Shown: positions 1-10,449, counted from the stretch's first letter. The stretch: 64,000 nt of DNA from Candidatus Buchananbacteria bacterium (GCA_041663485.1 JBAYMO010000001.1:11023-75022), one strand, 5' to 3'. Translations and numbers: made by a program. Notes: generated from the sequence alone by a model not told the origin.

Positions 1-759
1 AACGGTTCCAGTGGATTTTACTCTCAATTCCCAACCTTCACTGGTAGCCAAGGTTAGCTCATCAGATTCAGGATTCTCAATACTATATTGCAAAATATCA
101 AAATCGGCCGATTTCTTTAATTCATCCTGTAAACTCAGAATATAATCAACAGTTTTTTTTGGCAGAACCTCCTTACCAATTTGAATGTCAGTATTGCTCT
201 TATCCATTACAACCGCTAAATCAGTACTAGCACTCAAAGGCCGAATAATTTCCACGCTGCCAGTTCTTTCTTTTTGGTCAGATAATCCCAATTCATATTT
301 TTTTATGGCTACTCCGTTCTCGTCAAGATTGAATTTCCCCTGATTGTTGATAAAAATAATTGACGTAGTTTTTTCTTTAATCCAAACGTCTACGGTATTA
401 AAATACTTTTTAGAAACTTTGAGATCTTGCAGCGAGTACATCTTATTCAATAAGCGCTTAGCTTGATACTTATTAAAAAATAAAATATTTTTTTGACTAA
501 AAAACAAAAATCTTTTTTTACTGATTTGTTTTTCAATCACCGCCTTGATTTCCTCATCACTAATAAATTCATTGCCCGCCACCCGGATATTACTAATTTT
601 TAAAAAATTTAAATTATTTATAATCGCCAGGCTAATAAAGCATAAAATCAAGCCGGAAATTATAAATATTTTCTTCCCCTGAGGTAAAGAAAATCTTGAC
701 TTTTTCCGCGCAAAATAAGGGTTATTGAATTTTTTTGGCTGATAAATTTTTCTTTTCAT
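1..759 (-). CDS. ftsQ: Cell division protein FtsQ/DivIB, 3'-truncated by the window edge. It has an N-terminal TM helix and a POTRA-like region.
   Basis: Manual minus-strand translation from the ATG at 759 gives MKRKIYQPKKFNNPYFARKK...IFIISGLILCFISLAIINNL...NIRVAGNEFISDEEIKAVI with no stop to position 1. It lies directly downstream of ddl, the classic ddl-ftsQ order. Confidence 0.5.
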   Translation of the reverse strand, partial: MKRKIYQPKKFNNPYFARKKSRFSLPQGKKIFIISGLILCFISLAIINNLNFLKISNIRVAGNEFISDEEIKAVIEKQISKKRFLFFSQKNILFFNKYQAKRLLNKMYSLQDLKVSKKYFNTVDVWIKEKTTSIIFINNQGKFNLDENGVAIKKYELGLSDQKERTGSVEIIRPLSASTDLAVVMDKSNTDIQIGKEVLPKKTVDYILSLQDELKKSADFDILQYSIENPESDELTLATSEGWELRVKSTGTV

Positions 760-761
760 TT

Positions 762-1907
762 TTATTTGTACCAATCTTGTTTAGGCTGATATGAGGTCAG
801 TAATTGATTCTTTTGCTGATGTCGTTTAATAGCTAAATCAATCAACTCATTAAGGAGCTTGGAATAAGATAATCCGACTGCTTCCCAAAGCTTGGGATAC
901 ATTGAAATTGAAGTAAAGCCGGGCAAAGTGTTAACTTCATTAAGATATATCCTTTTTTTGTCTTTGGATAACAAAAAGTCAACTCGTGATAACCCGCTCA
1001 AATCTAGCACTTTAAAAGCCTCAATGGCGTATGCTTTTATTTTTTTTGTTAACTCGGCTGATAGTTTGGCCGGAATTACCGCTTGAGTTTTGCCATCAAC
1101 ATATTTTGCGTCATAATCATAAAATTCGTTGGATGGAATAATTTCTCCTAAAGCTGAAACTCGGGGTTTATCGTTACCTAAAACTGAGACCTCTATTTCG
1201 GTAATATTTTCTATCCCCTGTTCCACAATAACTTTTCGATCGTATCTGGCGGCTTCATTAATACCTCGAATCAATTCCTGACGATTATGACACTTCCCTA
1301 TCCCCACGCTGGAACCGGTATTGGCAGGCTTAGTAAATACCGGATATTTAAGTTTATTTTCAATATTTTTAATAATTTGCTGGCGATTTTTTGACCAAGC
1401 ACTGGATAAAAAATAAACATACTCAACAATCGGCAGTTTGGCCTGAGCAAAAATTTGTTTTTGGACAATTTTATCCATCCCTACGGCTGAACCTAAAACG
1501 CCACAACCGACATACGGAATATTCGCCATTTCCAGCAAGCCTTGTAAACATCCGTCTTCGCCATAGGTACCGTGCATGACTGGAAAAATTACATCGACTT
1601 TAGTAAAAGGTTTTTGCGTTTCTGTCACCGGGGCTAAAGTCTTTTCTGAAACATTGGTTAATCTGTTTTCCGTTGGATCAGGTATTAAAATTGACTTAAA
1701 AGGCAATTTTTTAATGCCGGCTTTGAGATATTCAACCGCCTTCTGACCGGCGATCCATTGACCTTGCTTGGTAATGCCAATCGGCACCGCTTCATACTTG
1801 CTTCGGTCAAGAAATTTTAAGACTGACTGAGCCGACACAATTGAGACTTCATGTTCACCAGACCGACCACCAAATATAACCCCAACTTTAATTTTATTTT
1901 TTGACAT
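762..1907 (-). CDS. ddl: D-alanine--D-alanine ligase
   Basis: 381 aa; N-terminus KVGVIFGGRSGEHEVS and an ATP-grasp layout typical of Ddl. Confidence 0.9.
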   Translation of the reverse strand: MSKNKIKVGVIFGGRSGEHEVSIVSAQSVLKFLDRSKYEAVPIGITKQGQWIAGQKAVEYLKAGIKKLPFKSILIPDPTENRLTNVSEKTLAPVTETQKPFTKVDVIFPVMHGTYGEDGCLQGLLEMANIPYVGCGVLGSAVGMDKIVQKQIFAQAKLPIVEYVYFLSSAWSKNRQQIIKNIENKLKYPVFTKPANTGSSVGIGKCHNRQELIRGINEAARYDRKVIVEQGIENITEIEVSVLGNDKPRVSALGEIIPSNEFYDYDAKYVDGKTQAVIPAKLSAELTKKIKAYAIEAFKVLDLSGLSRVDFLLSKDKKRIYLNEVNTLPGFTSISMYPKLWEAVGLSYSKLLNELIDLAIKRHQQKNQLLTSYQPKQDWYK

Positions 1908-1956
1908 AATATTGATAAAATTATAATTTTTTACCTTATTTAATTATTTTTACGTT

Positions 1957-3072
1957 TTATTTTATATACATCCTAGGCAATAAAGGATTAATTCGCGTGA
2001 CTACTTCGTAATTAATTGTACCGATTTTTTTGGCTAAATCTTCAGCTGGAATTTTATTACCTAACAATATCGCTTCGTCTCCAGTTTTTACTGATTTTAT
2101 TTTAGATACATCAACCATCATCAAATTCATACAGATACGACCAACTACCGAACAAACTGCATTTTTAATCTGAACAAATCCGGTGTTCGAAAGTTTTCGG
2201 TCATAACCTTCCCAATACCCCGCGGCCAACACCGCAATTTTCATTTCTTTTTTTGCTTGATAGGTTGAACCATAACCGACTTTGGCGCCAGCGGGAATAG
2301 TTTTAATTTGTACAATTTTGGTCTTCCAAATTAAGGCCGGTTTTAGTTTAAACCAAGGATATTTTTTTTGAATAATATTTTTAACTTTGGCCGATGGCCA
2401 CAAGCCATAAAGACCCAAACCAAGCCTGATTAAATTAAAATTGGCCTGTGGCTCAACCAAACTGGCAGCACTACAGGCAAAATGTTTATCTGAAATTTTT
2501 ATCTGATTCTTTTCAAGATCTTTGACAACATTATTAAAAATTTTGAGCTGTGATTTTGTATAATTTGGATTGTTTTCTGAATCAGCAAAATGGCTGTAAA
2601 GGCCAACCACCTTCAGACCAGGCATCATAATTATTTTTTTTATAAAAAACTCGGCTTGGCTTGGCGCGATACCAATTCGTGACGTCCCAGTATCAATTTT
2701 AACATGAACTTTAGCTTCTTTTCTTTGTTTTAATGCAACTTGGGAAATAATTTTCGCATAATTTAAATCATAAACCGGCAACTCAATCCCCTGTTTAATT
2801 CCATCACTTAAGTATCGACCGGGGGCATAGCTTAGAACAAAAATATTATTTTTTATTCCGAGTTTTTTTAATGCCAAAGCTTCACCAAGACTGACAACAC
2901 CAAATCTTTTTACTTTAGCCGAAAGTAGCCGGGCAATCTCGAACATCCCATGCCCATAAGCGTTACTTTTAATTACCGGCACGATTTCAACCCTGGAACC
3001 GACCAATTTTTGATATTGAGCTAGGTTGTTTAAAATTGCTGATTTTGAAATTTCGACCCAAGAATTATACAT
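1957..3072 (-). CDS. alr: Alanine racemase
   Basis: 371 aa with the PLP motif VIKSNAYGHG near the N-terminus. Confidence 0.88.
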   Translation of the reverse strand: MYNSWVEISKSAILNNLAQYQKLVGSRVEIVPVIKSNAYGHGMFEIARLLSAKVKRFGVVSLGEALALKKLGIKNNIFVLSYAPGRYLSDGIKQGIELPVYDLNYAKIISQVALKQRKEAKVHVKIDTGTSRIGIAPSQAEFFIKKIIMMPGLKVVGLYSHFADSENNPNYTKSQLKIFNNVVKDLEKNQIKISDKHFACSAASLVEPQANFNLIRLGLGLYGLWPSAKVKNIIQKKYPWFKLKPALIWKTKIVQIKTIPAGAKVGYGSTYQAKKEMKIAVLAAGYWEGYDRKLSNTGFVQIKNAVCSVVGRICMNLMMVDVSKIKSVKTGDEAILLGNKIPAEDLAKKIGTINYEVVTRINPLLPRMYIK

Positions 3073-4325
3073 TATTTATTATTTTTTTCAATTTTACTAA
3101 AGCCGCAAAACGGCTGGAGAGCCAAAGGAATATCCACGGAACCATCTTCATTCTGAAACTGCTCTAAAATCGCAGGAATTAAGCGGCTAGTGGCCAAACC
3201 AGAGGCATTTAGGGTATGAACAAACTCATTTTTGCCAGTTTCCAAATTTTTAAAGCGCACATTACCCCGACGCGCTTGATAATCCAAGGCATTGGAAACA
3301 CTGGAGACTTCTTTGTATCCCTCCATGCTGGGGATCCAGACTTCAATATCAATAGTTTTAGCCATAGCCGCTGAAGCGTCCCCCGCTGCCAATAATACCG
3401 ACTGAAAATGCAGACCTAAGCCTTCTACCAAAGCTTCGGCATTCTTAACTAGTTCCGCAAAACTGTCCCAAGATTGTTCCGGCTTAGTATATTGAAACAT
3501 TTCAATTTTGTTAAATTGATGGCCACGAATCATTCCTCTTTCTTCTTTGCGATAGCTACCGGCTTCGCGCCTAAAACAAGCGGAATAGGCACAATATTTG
3601 TAAGGCAATTTTTGGACGTCCAAAATTTCATCGCGATGATAGTTGCCCAGCATCATTTCCGAAGTCGCGTTCAAACATAATTTATCTTGAGTCCAAAATA
3701 AATCATCACGGAATTTTGGTAAATGTCCAGAAGTATAGGCCGATTGTTCGGTCAGCAAAAATGGCGGGATCATGAAAGTATAGCCATTGCTTTGATGAAA
3801 TTTTATAAAGTATGAAAGCAAGGCCCACTCCAAAATTGCTCCGGCACCTTTATAAATCCAAAAACCCGTACCGGACATTTTAGCCGCCCGCTCGTAATCA
3901 ATAATATCTAAGCTTACCGCCAAATCATAATGATCTTTAATGGTAAATTTAAATTTCTTCTGACTGCCAACGGTTTTTATGACCTTATTATTCTCTTTTC
4001 CACCAGCTAAAACGTCGTCCGCGGGTAAATTGGGCAAAGCCGCCAATTTTTCGTTTAAATTATCTTCCACCATTCTCAACCTATCATCAAGTTCTTTGAT
4101 TTGATCCCCAATATCGCGCATCTTTTTTATCGTTTTTTCGTCCGGCTTGGTTTTAGAAAATTTATTTCTTTCAGCTTTCAAAATTTCCGCCTCTTGCAAA
4201 ATCTCTCGGCGCTTATCATCAGCCAAAATAATATCGTCGAGATTTAAATCTTTTTTATCCAACCTTTTTAACAAAGCCTTAGTTACCTCCTCCTTCTGAT
4301 TTCTGATTCGATTTAGATCTAGCAT
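3072..4325 (-). CDS. serS: Seryl-tRNA synthetase
   Basis: 417 aa with an N-terminal coiled-coil arm and a class II core. Confidence 0.9.
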   Translation of the reverse strand: MLDLNRIRNQKEEVTKALLKRLDKKDLNLDDIILADDKRREILQEAEILKAERNKFSKTKPDEKTIKKMRDIGDQIKELDDRLRMVEDNLNEKLAALPNLPADDVLAGGKENNKVIKTVGSQKKFKFTIKDHYDLAVSLDIIDYERAAKMSGTGFWIYKGAGAILEWALLSYFIKFHQSNGYTFMIPPFLLTEQSAYTSGHLPKFRDDLFWTQDKLCLNATSEMMLGNYHRDEILDVQKLPYKYCAYSACFRREAGSYRKEERGMIRGHQFNKIEMFQYTKPEQSWDSFAELVKNAEALVEGLGLHFQSVLLAAGDASAAMAKTIDIEVWIPSMEGYKEVSSVSNALDYQARRGNVRFKNLETGKNEFVHTLNASGLATSRLIPAILEQFQNEDGSVDIPLALQPFCGFSKIEKNNK

Positions 4326-4339
4326 ATTTATTATAATAA

Positions 4340-4726
4340 TTAATTTAATTTAGATGATTTGAATTTTTTTGGCTGATAAGATTTTAACCGAAAAAAAATT
4401 ATTTTAGGAAACTTTTTTTTAAGATTACAATTAAAACTTTTCTGATCATAGCCTAAACAAATTACCTCCGGTTTAATTTTTCTAATTATAGCCAAAGGGT
4501 CGCGCACTTGCCCTAGAATTCCCAAGTCAACCAATTCATTATTCCTCACTTCTCTCAGCCTGGCAATTTCACTCGTTTTGGGCCAATGTTTTTTTATCTT
4601 AAAAACATTTTTATCCCGCGCGACGACAACAATTAAATACTCGCCTTTTTTCTTAGCCTGCCTGAACAGATTTAAATGCCCCGGATGCAAGCCGTCAAAA
4701 GTGCCAAAAACCATCACTTTTCTCAT
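4340..4726 (-). CDS. Cytidylyltransferase-like nucleotidyltransferase (TagD/RfaE-II/RibL-like)
   Basis: 128 aa; VFGTFDGLHPGH is an HxGH-type nucleotidyltransferase motif, and the size matches the TagD family. Confidence 0.55.
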   Translation of the reverse strand: MRKVMVFGTFDGLHPGHLNLFRQAKKKGEYLIVVVARDKNVFKIKKHWPKTSEIARLREVRNNELVDLGILGQVRDPLAIIRKIKPEVICLGYDQKSFNCNLKKKFPKIIFFRLKSYQPKKFKSSKLN

Positions 4727-4729
4727 AGC

Positions 4730-5296
4730 CTAAAGACTAATTTCCGACGCAATTTCTTTCATCGCGCCTAAACTTATTTCAATAAATTCATCCAAGGAAA
4801 TACCGGCTAATTCGCATTCCTTAATAATTCCACGGTTAACGCTGGCCGCGAAAGACTTATCTTTCATTTTCTTTTTTATGGAACTAATTTCTACGTTTTC
4901 TAGCTTCTTTTCCGGTCTAACCAATGCCGTGGCGTAAATTAAACCCGTAATCGTTTCGGCGGCCGCTAAAAGATGCTCAGTATTAGTTTCTCTTTTTTTA
5001 TCCAAAAAATCCTGACCCAAAACCGCAAAGCCATAAGCATGAGAAACAATAGTATTGATAAAATCCTGATCAAAGCCAGCCTGACTTAAAATTTCAACAC
5101 ACCGCCGACAATGTGTTTTCTCTCCATATTCCCAATCAATATCGTGCAATAGACCCAAATTACCCCAATAATCCTGGTCTTGATTAAGCTTTTTAGCCAG
5201 GGCTCTCATGATAGCTTCCGACTCCCGACTATGATTTAAATTAGTCGGGTCTTTAAGGTGTTTTTGCAACAAAATTATAGCATCTTGCCTGTTCAT
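4730..5296 (-). CDS. HD-domain phosphohydrolase
   Basis: 188 aa; His...HD metal-binding pattern (HSRESEAIM...LLHDIDWEY). Confidence 0.55.
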   Translation of the reverse strand: MNRQDAIILLQKHLKDPTNLNHSRESEAIMRALAKKLNQDQDYWGNLGLLHDIDWEYGEKTHCRRCVEILSQAGFDQDFINTIVSHAYGFAVLGQDFLDKKRETNTEHLLAAAETITGLIYATALVRPEKKLENVEISSIKKKMKDKSFAASVNRGIIKECELAGISLDEFIEISLGAMKEIASEISL

Positions 5297-5370
5297 AAAA
5301 TACTATTTGTTAAACCGATTTTTTTCACTCTCAAAAGGACGAAAACAACTTAGGTTGAAATAAAAAAATT

Positions 5371-6879
5371 TTATTTGATCTTCTTTTCTTGATTATCCAA
5401 ATCAATTGGCCGCAGCAAAGGAAATAGAATAACGTCGCGTAAATTATCTTGCTGGGTCAAAAGAGTTAAAATTCTATCAATACCCATACCCCAGCCAGAA
5501 ATTGGCGGCGCGCCATGTTCCAAAGCTTTTACATATTCATCGTCTTTACCATGGGCCTCGGCATCACCGGCCGCCTTAGCCTGAGCTTGAGCCGAGAAAC
5601 GCTCGCTCTGGTCAATCGGGTCAACTAATTCGGAATAAGCATTAACGATTTCCCAGGTATTGACCAATAATTGAAACCGATCCACGATTTGCGGATTATC
5701 ATCATTTTTTCTAGCTAAAGGCGATAAATCAAGAGGATGTCTAATCAAAAAAGTCGGCATAACAATTTTTTCTCGCGAGACTACCTTGAAAAGGGCATCG
5801 ATTAAATTTCCCCTTTCTAAGTCAGCCATACCGTCAATTTTAATTTTTTTCTTTTCAATTTCTTGTTTTAACTTTTTAGCCGAATCGAATTGATCAATAT
5901 CAATACCACAATCGCGTTTAATTAACTCTGCGAATGTTAATTTAGGCCAGGGGGGAGTAAAATCAACTTCCACTAGTTCCCCTTCTCGATTTTTGATTTT
6001 AATTTTTAACTGACCAAATAATTTATTCAGTAAAAAAGTAATCATTTCTTCCGTAAATTTCATGTTATCTTCAAAATTCCAATAGGCCGCGTAGTGCTCA
6101 CACATGGTAAAATCTTGCAAATGAGAAGGATCCATCCCTTCATTTCTAAAACATCGGCCAATTTCAAAAATCTTTTCAAAGCCGCCAATAATTACTTCCT
6201 TTAAATAAACCTCCGGCGCAATGCGTAAGTAAACATCCAAATCTAGGGCGTTGTAATGAGTAACAAAGGGCTTAGCCAATGCCCCGGAAGCGGCGTTAAC
6301 CAAAATCGGCGTATCGACTTCCATAAAACCTTTTGACCAATAAAATTCTCGCAAAGCCTTAATAAATTCACTGCGCAAGACAAAACGATCATAGGTTTGG
6401 GGATTGGCAATCAAATCCAAATATCTTTGCCGATAACAGCTTTCCTGATCCTGCAAACCGTGCCATTTCTCTGGCAGCGGTCTTAAAGCTTTGCTTAGTA
6501 ACTCAAATTTTTCCACCAGAATTGAAACCTCGCCCTTTTGCGTCTTGAAAATTCGTCCCGACAAACCAATAAAGTCAGCCGGATCAAATGTCTTAAGAAA
6601 ATTCTTAAAAACATCCTTACCGATTTCGTCCTGTTTTAGAACAATTTGCAGTTTGCCCGAGCTATCGGCAATATGGCAAAAACAAATTTTACCCATTTCC
6701 CTGATAGTTAAAATTCTTCCGGCTGCCCTAGCCTGACTGTCCAAAGGCAGTAATAAAATGTCTTTTATATCCTGCTTATCAGAAAACTTTTGCAGATATG
6801 GATTTATCCCCTGTTCTCTCAGCTTTTTAAGCTTTTCTTTACGATTTTGATATTCGTCATTTAAAGTTGATTTTGCCAT
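5371..6879 (-). CDS. lysS: Lysyl-tRNA synthetase (class II)
   Basis: 502 aa with an anticodon-binding OB fold followed by a class II catalytic core. Confidence 0.9.
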   Translation of the reverse strand: MAKSTLNDEYQNRKEKLKKLREQGINPYLQKFSDKQDIKDILLLPLDSQARAAGRILTIREMGKICFCHIADSSGKLQIVLKQDEIGKDVFKNFLKTFDPADFIGLSGRIFKTQKGEVSILVEKFELLSKALRPLPEKWHGLQDQESCYRQRYLDLIANPQTYDRFVLRSEFIKALREFYWSKGFMEVDTPILVNAASGALAKPFVTHYNALDLDVYLRIAPEVYLKEVIIGGFEKIFEIGRCFRNEGMDPSHLQDFTMCEHYAAYWNFEDNMKFTEEMITFLLNKLFGQLKIKIKNREGELVEVDFTPPWPKLTFAELIKRDCGIDIDQFDSAKKLKQEIEKKKIKIDGMADLERGNLIDALFKVVSREKIVMPTFLIRHPLDLSPLARKNDDNPQIVDRFQLLVNTWEIVNAYSELVDPIDQSERFSAQAQAKAAGDAEAHGKDDEYVKALEHGAPPISGWGMGIDRILTLLTQQDNLRDVILFPLLRPIDLDNQEKKIK

Positions 6880-6943
6880 ATTTTTTTCAGATTTATATCC
6901 TATATTTTACTAAATATTCCGACTTTAGTCAAAAAAATTAGCT

Positions 6944-6985
6944 ACACAAAAAAATAGTCCCACCAAGGCGAGACTATTTTTTTTA
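6944..6985. terminator. Bidirectional intrinsic terminator; terminates greA on the minus strand.
   Basis: Stem atagtc/gactat with a 12-nt loop, flanked by an A-run upstream and a T-run downstream. Confidence 0.55.
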
Positions 6986-6999
6986 ATACCTGAAATATC

Positions 7000-7458
7000 T
7001 TATTTGATCTTTAAAATCTCACACTCCATTTCTCCCTTAGGGACTACCACTTTGACTTTTTCACCAATTTTTCGCCCTAAGAAAGCGCGACCCAAAGGCG
7101 ACTCATTTGAGATTAAACCCATGGACGGATTAGCTTCGTTTGAGCCGACGATCGTGTACTCTGTTTCTTTTTTATTGCAAAGAATTTTTATTGTACTACC
7201 GACATTAACCATATTCTTTGAACCGCCCTCTTCAATTAATTCTGACTTGTTGATTAAATTTTCCAGCTCGGCCATCCGACCGGCAATGAAACCTTGTTCA
7301 TCTTTGGCGTCTTGATACTCGGCATTCTCCGAAAGGTCACCCAGCTCTTTGGCTCTGGCAATTCTTTCAATTACTTCCGGCATTTTTATTTTTTTTAAAT
7401 ATTCCAATTCTTCCTCTAATTTCTGTAAACCTTGTTTGGTTAAATAATTTGTTCCCAT
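7000..7458 (-). CDS. greA: Transcription elongation factor GreA
   Basis: 152 aa; N-terminal coiled coil carrying acidic residues and a C-terminal FKBP-like domain. Confidence 0.9.
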   Translation of the reverse strand: MGTNYLTKQGLQKLEEELEYLKKIKMPEVIERIARAKELGDLSENAEYQDAKDEQGFIAGRMAELENLINKSELIEEGGSKNMVNVGSTIKILCNKKETEYTIVGSNEANPSMGLISNESPLGRAFLGRKIGEKVKVVVPKGEMECEILKIK

Positions 7459-7520
7459 AGTAGTAAAAGGCTTAAAAAAAATACAGTTTTTTTAAGAGCT
7501 GTAAAAATTTTATTTAAATA

Positions 7521-7549
7521 CCTGAATTAAATTATAATTTAATAAAAAA
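7521..7549 (-). promoter_or_regulatory. Sigma70 promoter for greA (TTGACA-17-TATAAT on the minus strand)
   Basis: Plus-strand tgtcaa at 7544-7549 and attata at 7521-7526 give a perfect consensus -35 and -10 on the minus strand with a 17-nt spacer. Confidence 0.6.
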
Positions 7550-7570
7550 TATATGTCAAGACTTGTGCCT

Positions 7571-7897
7571 AAAAAATAAAAAGGTTGGCAACAGAAACCA
7601 CTTGGTAGCCCCTTTGGAGGTCCGTTGTTGGGATACGGAGTCTTCTCTAGCAAAAAGAGTCGCAACGAGGGAAGACTAGAAGGGGTATCCGCCAGAGCTC
7701 AGCTACAACTATTCGTATGCCTGGAGCTTTGCCGTTATTACATAGTTGGCCATCATCCGGGGCGGTAGAAACTCTCGAAAAGTTCCGCCTGGCCGTAAAC
7801 CCGCTAGACATGTTGACAATCACCCAACGATAGCCAAAAACACGGCGCAATAGCTTCTGTTGCCAAAAATCGTATAGTCGAATTGCAATGAACAGCG
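7571..7897 (-). ncRNA. Structured ncRNA of about 325 nt, class unresolved (candidates tmRNA, 6S or long SRP RNA). It sits in a GC-rich island with its own promoter and a U-tract.
   Basis: GC is about 50% against roughly 35% in the flanks. A 12-bp closing helix joins 7855-7866 to 7583-7594 and is followed by a U-tract. A TTGACT/TAATAT promoter lies at 7904-7932. No plausible ORF. Confidence 0.5.
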
Positions 7898-7903
7898 ATT
7901 TAA

Positions 7904-7932
7904 ATATTATATAAATTAAACAAAAAAGTCAA
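7904..7932 (-). promoter_or_regulatory. Sigma70-like promoter driving the ncRNA island (TTGACT-17-TAATAT)
   Basis: Plus-strand agtcaa at 7927-7932 and atatta at 7904-7909, immediately after the PBP2 stop codon. Confidence 0.5.
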
Positions 7933-7937
7933 GGGGG

Positions 7938-9923
7938 CTACTTCTTAATTAAGGCCTGGGTCGTAGAAGCCAAACCGGCCTTCTGCGCCGCCCACCAATT
8001 AAAAATATCATAGGCTACCGGCAGGGCCACGCTGCTGCCCTCACCTCCCTCTTCCACCAAAACCGTAATCACAATTTCTGGATCATGGTATGGCGCAAAG
8101 GCCGTAAACCAGGCTTGCGGCAGCTTAGTCGAGGACCATTGAGCCGTTCCAGTTTTAGCCGCCACTTCGACGGGTAGAGCACTTAAACGTTTACCACTAC
8201 CAGTCAAAACAGTTTGTCTCATTCCCCTCTTTATTATTTCAATATTTTTTTCGGATATAAAATCCTGATTTAAAATTCTTGGTTCAATCTTAGATATTGA
8301 ATTATTTTGACCGTCTAAAATTTCTTTAACCACATGCGGCTGGTAAATCTTGCCGCCGTTGGCATAAAATGACGTCCAAAGCGCGACCTGCAATGGCGTG
8401 GCCAGTAAATCACCCTGGCCAATGGCAAAATGATAAGTATCACCAATATACCAAACCTCATTTTTTGTTTCTTCTTTCCACCTGGGATCAGGCACAAAGC
8501 CGGTGGCTTCGTTAGGTAAGTCTATCCCCAGTTCCTTACCAATGTTAAACGATTCGCTATATTTTTCCAGCTGATCCACACCCAAACCCTTAAAATCATT
8601 ATAGCCGCCGCCGACGATATAAAAATAAGTATTGATTGATTCCGCTATCGCCTTAATAATGTTGGTGGCTCCGTGACCGCCGGCTTTCCAATCGGGAAAA
8701 AACCATTTATTAACATGGATGCCGCCGGAACTAACAAAAGTCGTATTTTCATTAACAATATTTTCCTGCAAAGCAGCGCCTCCGACAATCAACTTAAAGG
8801 TTGAACCGGGCGGATATTCACCACTAATTGAACGATTAAACAATGGGTGGCTAGAATCGTTAATTAGTTTCTGAAAATCACTTTGACTGATACCAAGACT
8901 GAATAAATTATTGTCAAAAGTCGGCAAAGAAACTAAGGCCAGGATTTCACCGGTTTTCGGATCCAAAACAATGACTGACCCTTTCTTTTTGCCAGTCGAA
9001 GATAAAATTTTCTTAAGACTCTTTTCCGAGATGTTTTGCAAATCTTGATCAATACTTAAAACCAAATTACTACCGGAAACATACTTCTGCGAAGCTAAAA
9101 TTTCCTTGGCTTGACCAGTGGCGTCTACCTCCACCTGCTCTTTGCCATTACTGCCTTTCAATTCTTTTTCATAGGTCAGCTCTAAGCCCGCCTTGCCGAC
9201 ATAATCATTGTAAAGGTAGCCTTTGGCCAAATATTCCTCCCTTTTACTTTCCTCAATCTTACCCTGATAACCTAAAACATGGGAAAAACTTTCAGTTGAT
9301 GACGCGGTTAAATAATGACGAGTACTGTCAATAATTAAAACCACGCCGGAATATTTCGTGGCCAATATTCTGATGCCGATTGCTTGATCTTGATTGAGAT
9401 TTTCCGCCACGATAATCGGCTGATAAGAATAGACGACTTTAGAAAATACTTGCTGATAGATGCCATCGGCCGATTGGCCGGTGACAGCGGATAATTCATC
9501 GGCCAAACTTCGACGAACGGCCTGATCCTTAGATAAATCAACCGGAATAATGCCCAAAGAAAAGCTTGGGATATTCTCCACCAACGGCTTCATGTTACGA
9601 TCATAAACCAGACCCCGAGGCGCTTTGACATCACGGATACGAATCCGATTGCCCTCCGCCACGGCGCGGAAGTAGTTACTTTGATACAATTGCAGATAAG
9701 CCGTTCGACCAAGTAATATAACCAAGCCTAAGAATAGTATTCCAAGCCAGAAATTGATACGCGGCTTATTTAAAATCAATCCAAATGAGCCGGACCGAAA
9801 ATTATTATCATCCGATGAAAAAGAATCCACTTCATGGCTGTAATTTTTGAAGCGGCGTTGAATACTATACTTGGAATTTTTCGATGTAATCCCAAAGGGA
9901 TCAGCCCCGGTTACGTTTTTCAT
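7938..9923 (-). CDS. mrdA: Penicillin-binding protein 2 / transpeptidase (rod-complex PBP)
   Basis: 661 aa; N-terminal TM helix and the STFK (SxxK) active-site motif. It is directly adjacent to mreD, mreC and mreB. Confidence 0.85.
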   Translation of the reverse strand: MKNVTGADPFGITSKNSKYSIQRRFKNYSHEVDSFSSDDNNFRSGSFGLILNKPRINFWLGILFLGLVILLGRTAYLQLYQSNYFRAVAEGNRIRIRDVKAPRGLVYDRNMKPLVENIPSFSLGIIPVDLSKDQAVRRSLADELSAVTGQSADGIYQQVFSKVVYSYQPIIVAENLNQDQAIGIRILATKYSGVVLIIDSTRHYLTASSTESFSHVLGYQGKIEESKREEYLAKGYLYNDYVGKAGLELTYEKELKGSNGKEQVEVDATGQAKEILASQKYVSGSNLVLSIDQDLQNISEKSLKKILSSTGKKKGSVIVLDPKTGEILALVSLPTFDNNLFSLGISQSDFQKLINDSSHPLFNRSISGEYPPGSTFKLIVGGAALQENIVNENTTFVSSGGIHVNKWFFPDWKAGGHGATNIIKAIAESINTYFYIVGGGYNDFKGLGVDQLEKYSESFNIGKELGIDLPNEATGFVPDPRWKEETKNEVWYIGDTYHFAIGQGDLLATPLQVALWTSFYANGGKIYQPHVVKEILDGQNNSISKIEPRILNQDFISEKNIEIIKRGMRQTVLTGSGKRLSALPVEVAAKTGTAQWSSTKLPQAWFTAFAPYHDPEIVITVLVEEGGEGSSVALPVAYDIFNWWAAQKAGLASTTQALIKK

Positions 9924-10449
9924 AAGAATCAGCAGGAAAAAGAAAATAATTTTTTAGCCGGCCAGAGGAAATAAAATAGGTAAAAAAAACAATCATTAAA
10001 ATCAAAACGTTCATTAAGGGCTCCCAAAGATACAACAATTTAAAATCATAAATGGCAAAAGAAAATTTAAAACCAAAAATTACAAAAATCGCACTCAAAA
10101 AAAGTAAAATCAAATTATGAATAATTGTACCAATAAACCCCAAGATGGCTAATGAATAAAGAGAGCGGTTGGTAAAGAAATTATTGTATAAGAAATTTAT
10201 AGTTACCACCGACAAGAGCAGACTTAAAGTTGTTTGACCAAAAGGCAAAGCGCTGTAAAGTTCCAAAAGTAAACCAGTTAACATGGCAAAAACTAAGCCT
10301 TTTTCGTAAGAAAAAATGACCGTCAAAAAAATAATCAGACAGAAAATAATATTCAAGCTTGAAATGGGTACCGGCCAAGTAGTCAAAAAGCTGATTTGAA
10401 TCAAAACCATCAACAGAGAAAAAAATAAATTGTAAAGAAAGTTATTCAT
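9901..10449 (-). CDS. mreD: Rod shape-determining protein MreD (polytopic membrane protein)
   Basis: 182 aa, very hydrophobic, positioned between mreC and the PBP2 gene. Confidence 0.6.
   Translation of the reverse strand: MNNFLYNLFFSLLMVLIQISFLTTWPVPISSLNIIFCLIIFLTVIFSYEKGLVFAMLTGLLLELYSALPFGQTTLSLLLSVVTINFLYNNFFTNRSLYSLAILGFIGTIIHNLILLFLSAIFVIFGFKFSFAIYDFKLLYLWEPLMNVLILMIVFFTYFISSGRLKNYFLFPADSYEKRNRG

Noticed and set aside
7647-7850. 67-aa minus-strand ORF inside the 7.6-7.9 kb GC-rich island
   Set aside because: It lies wholly within the predicted structured RNA, with no RBS and an implausible composition.
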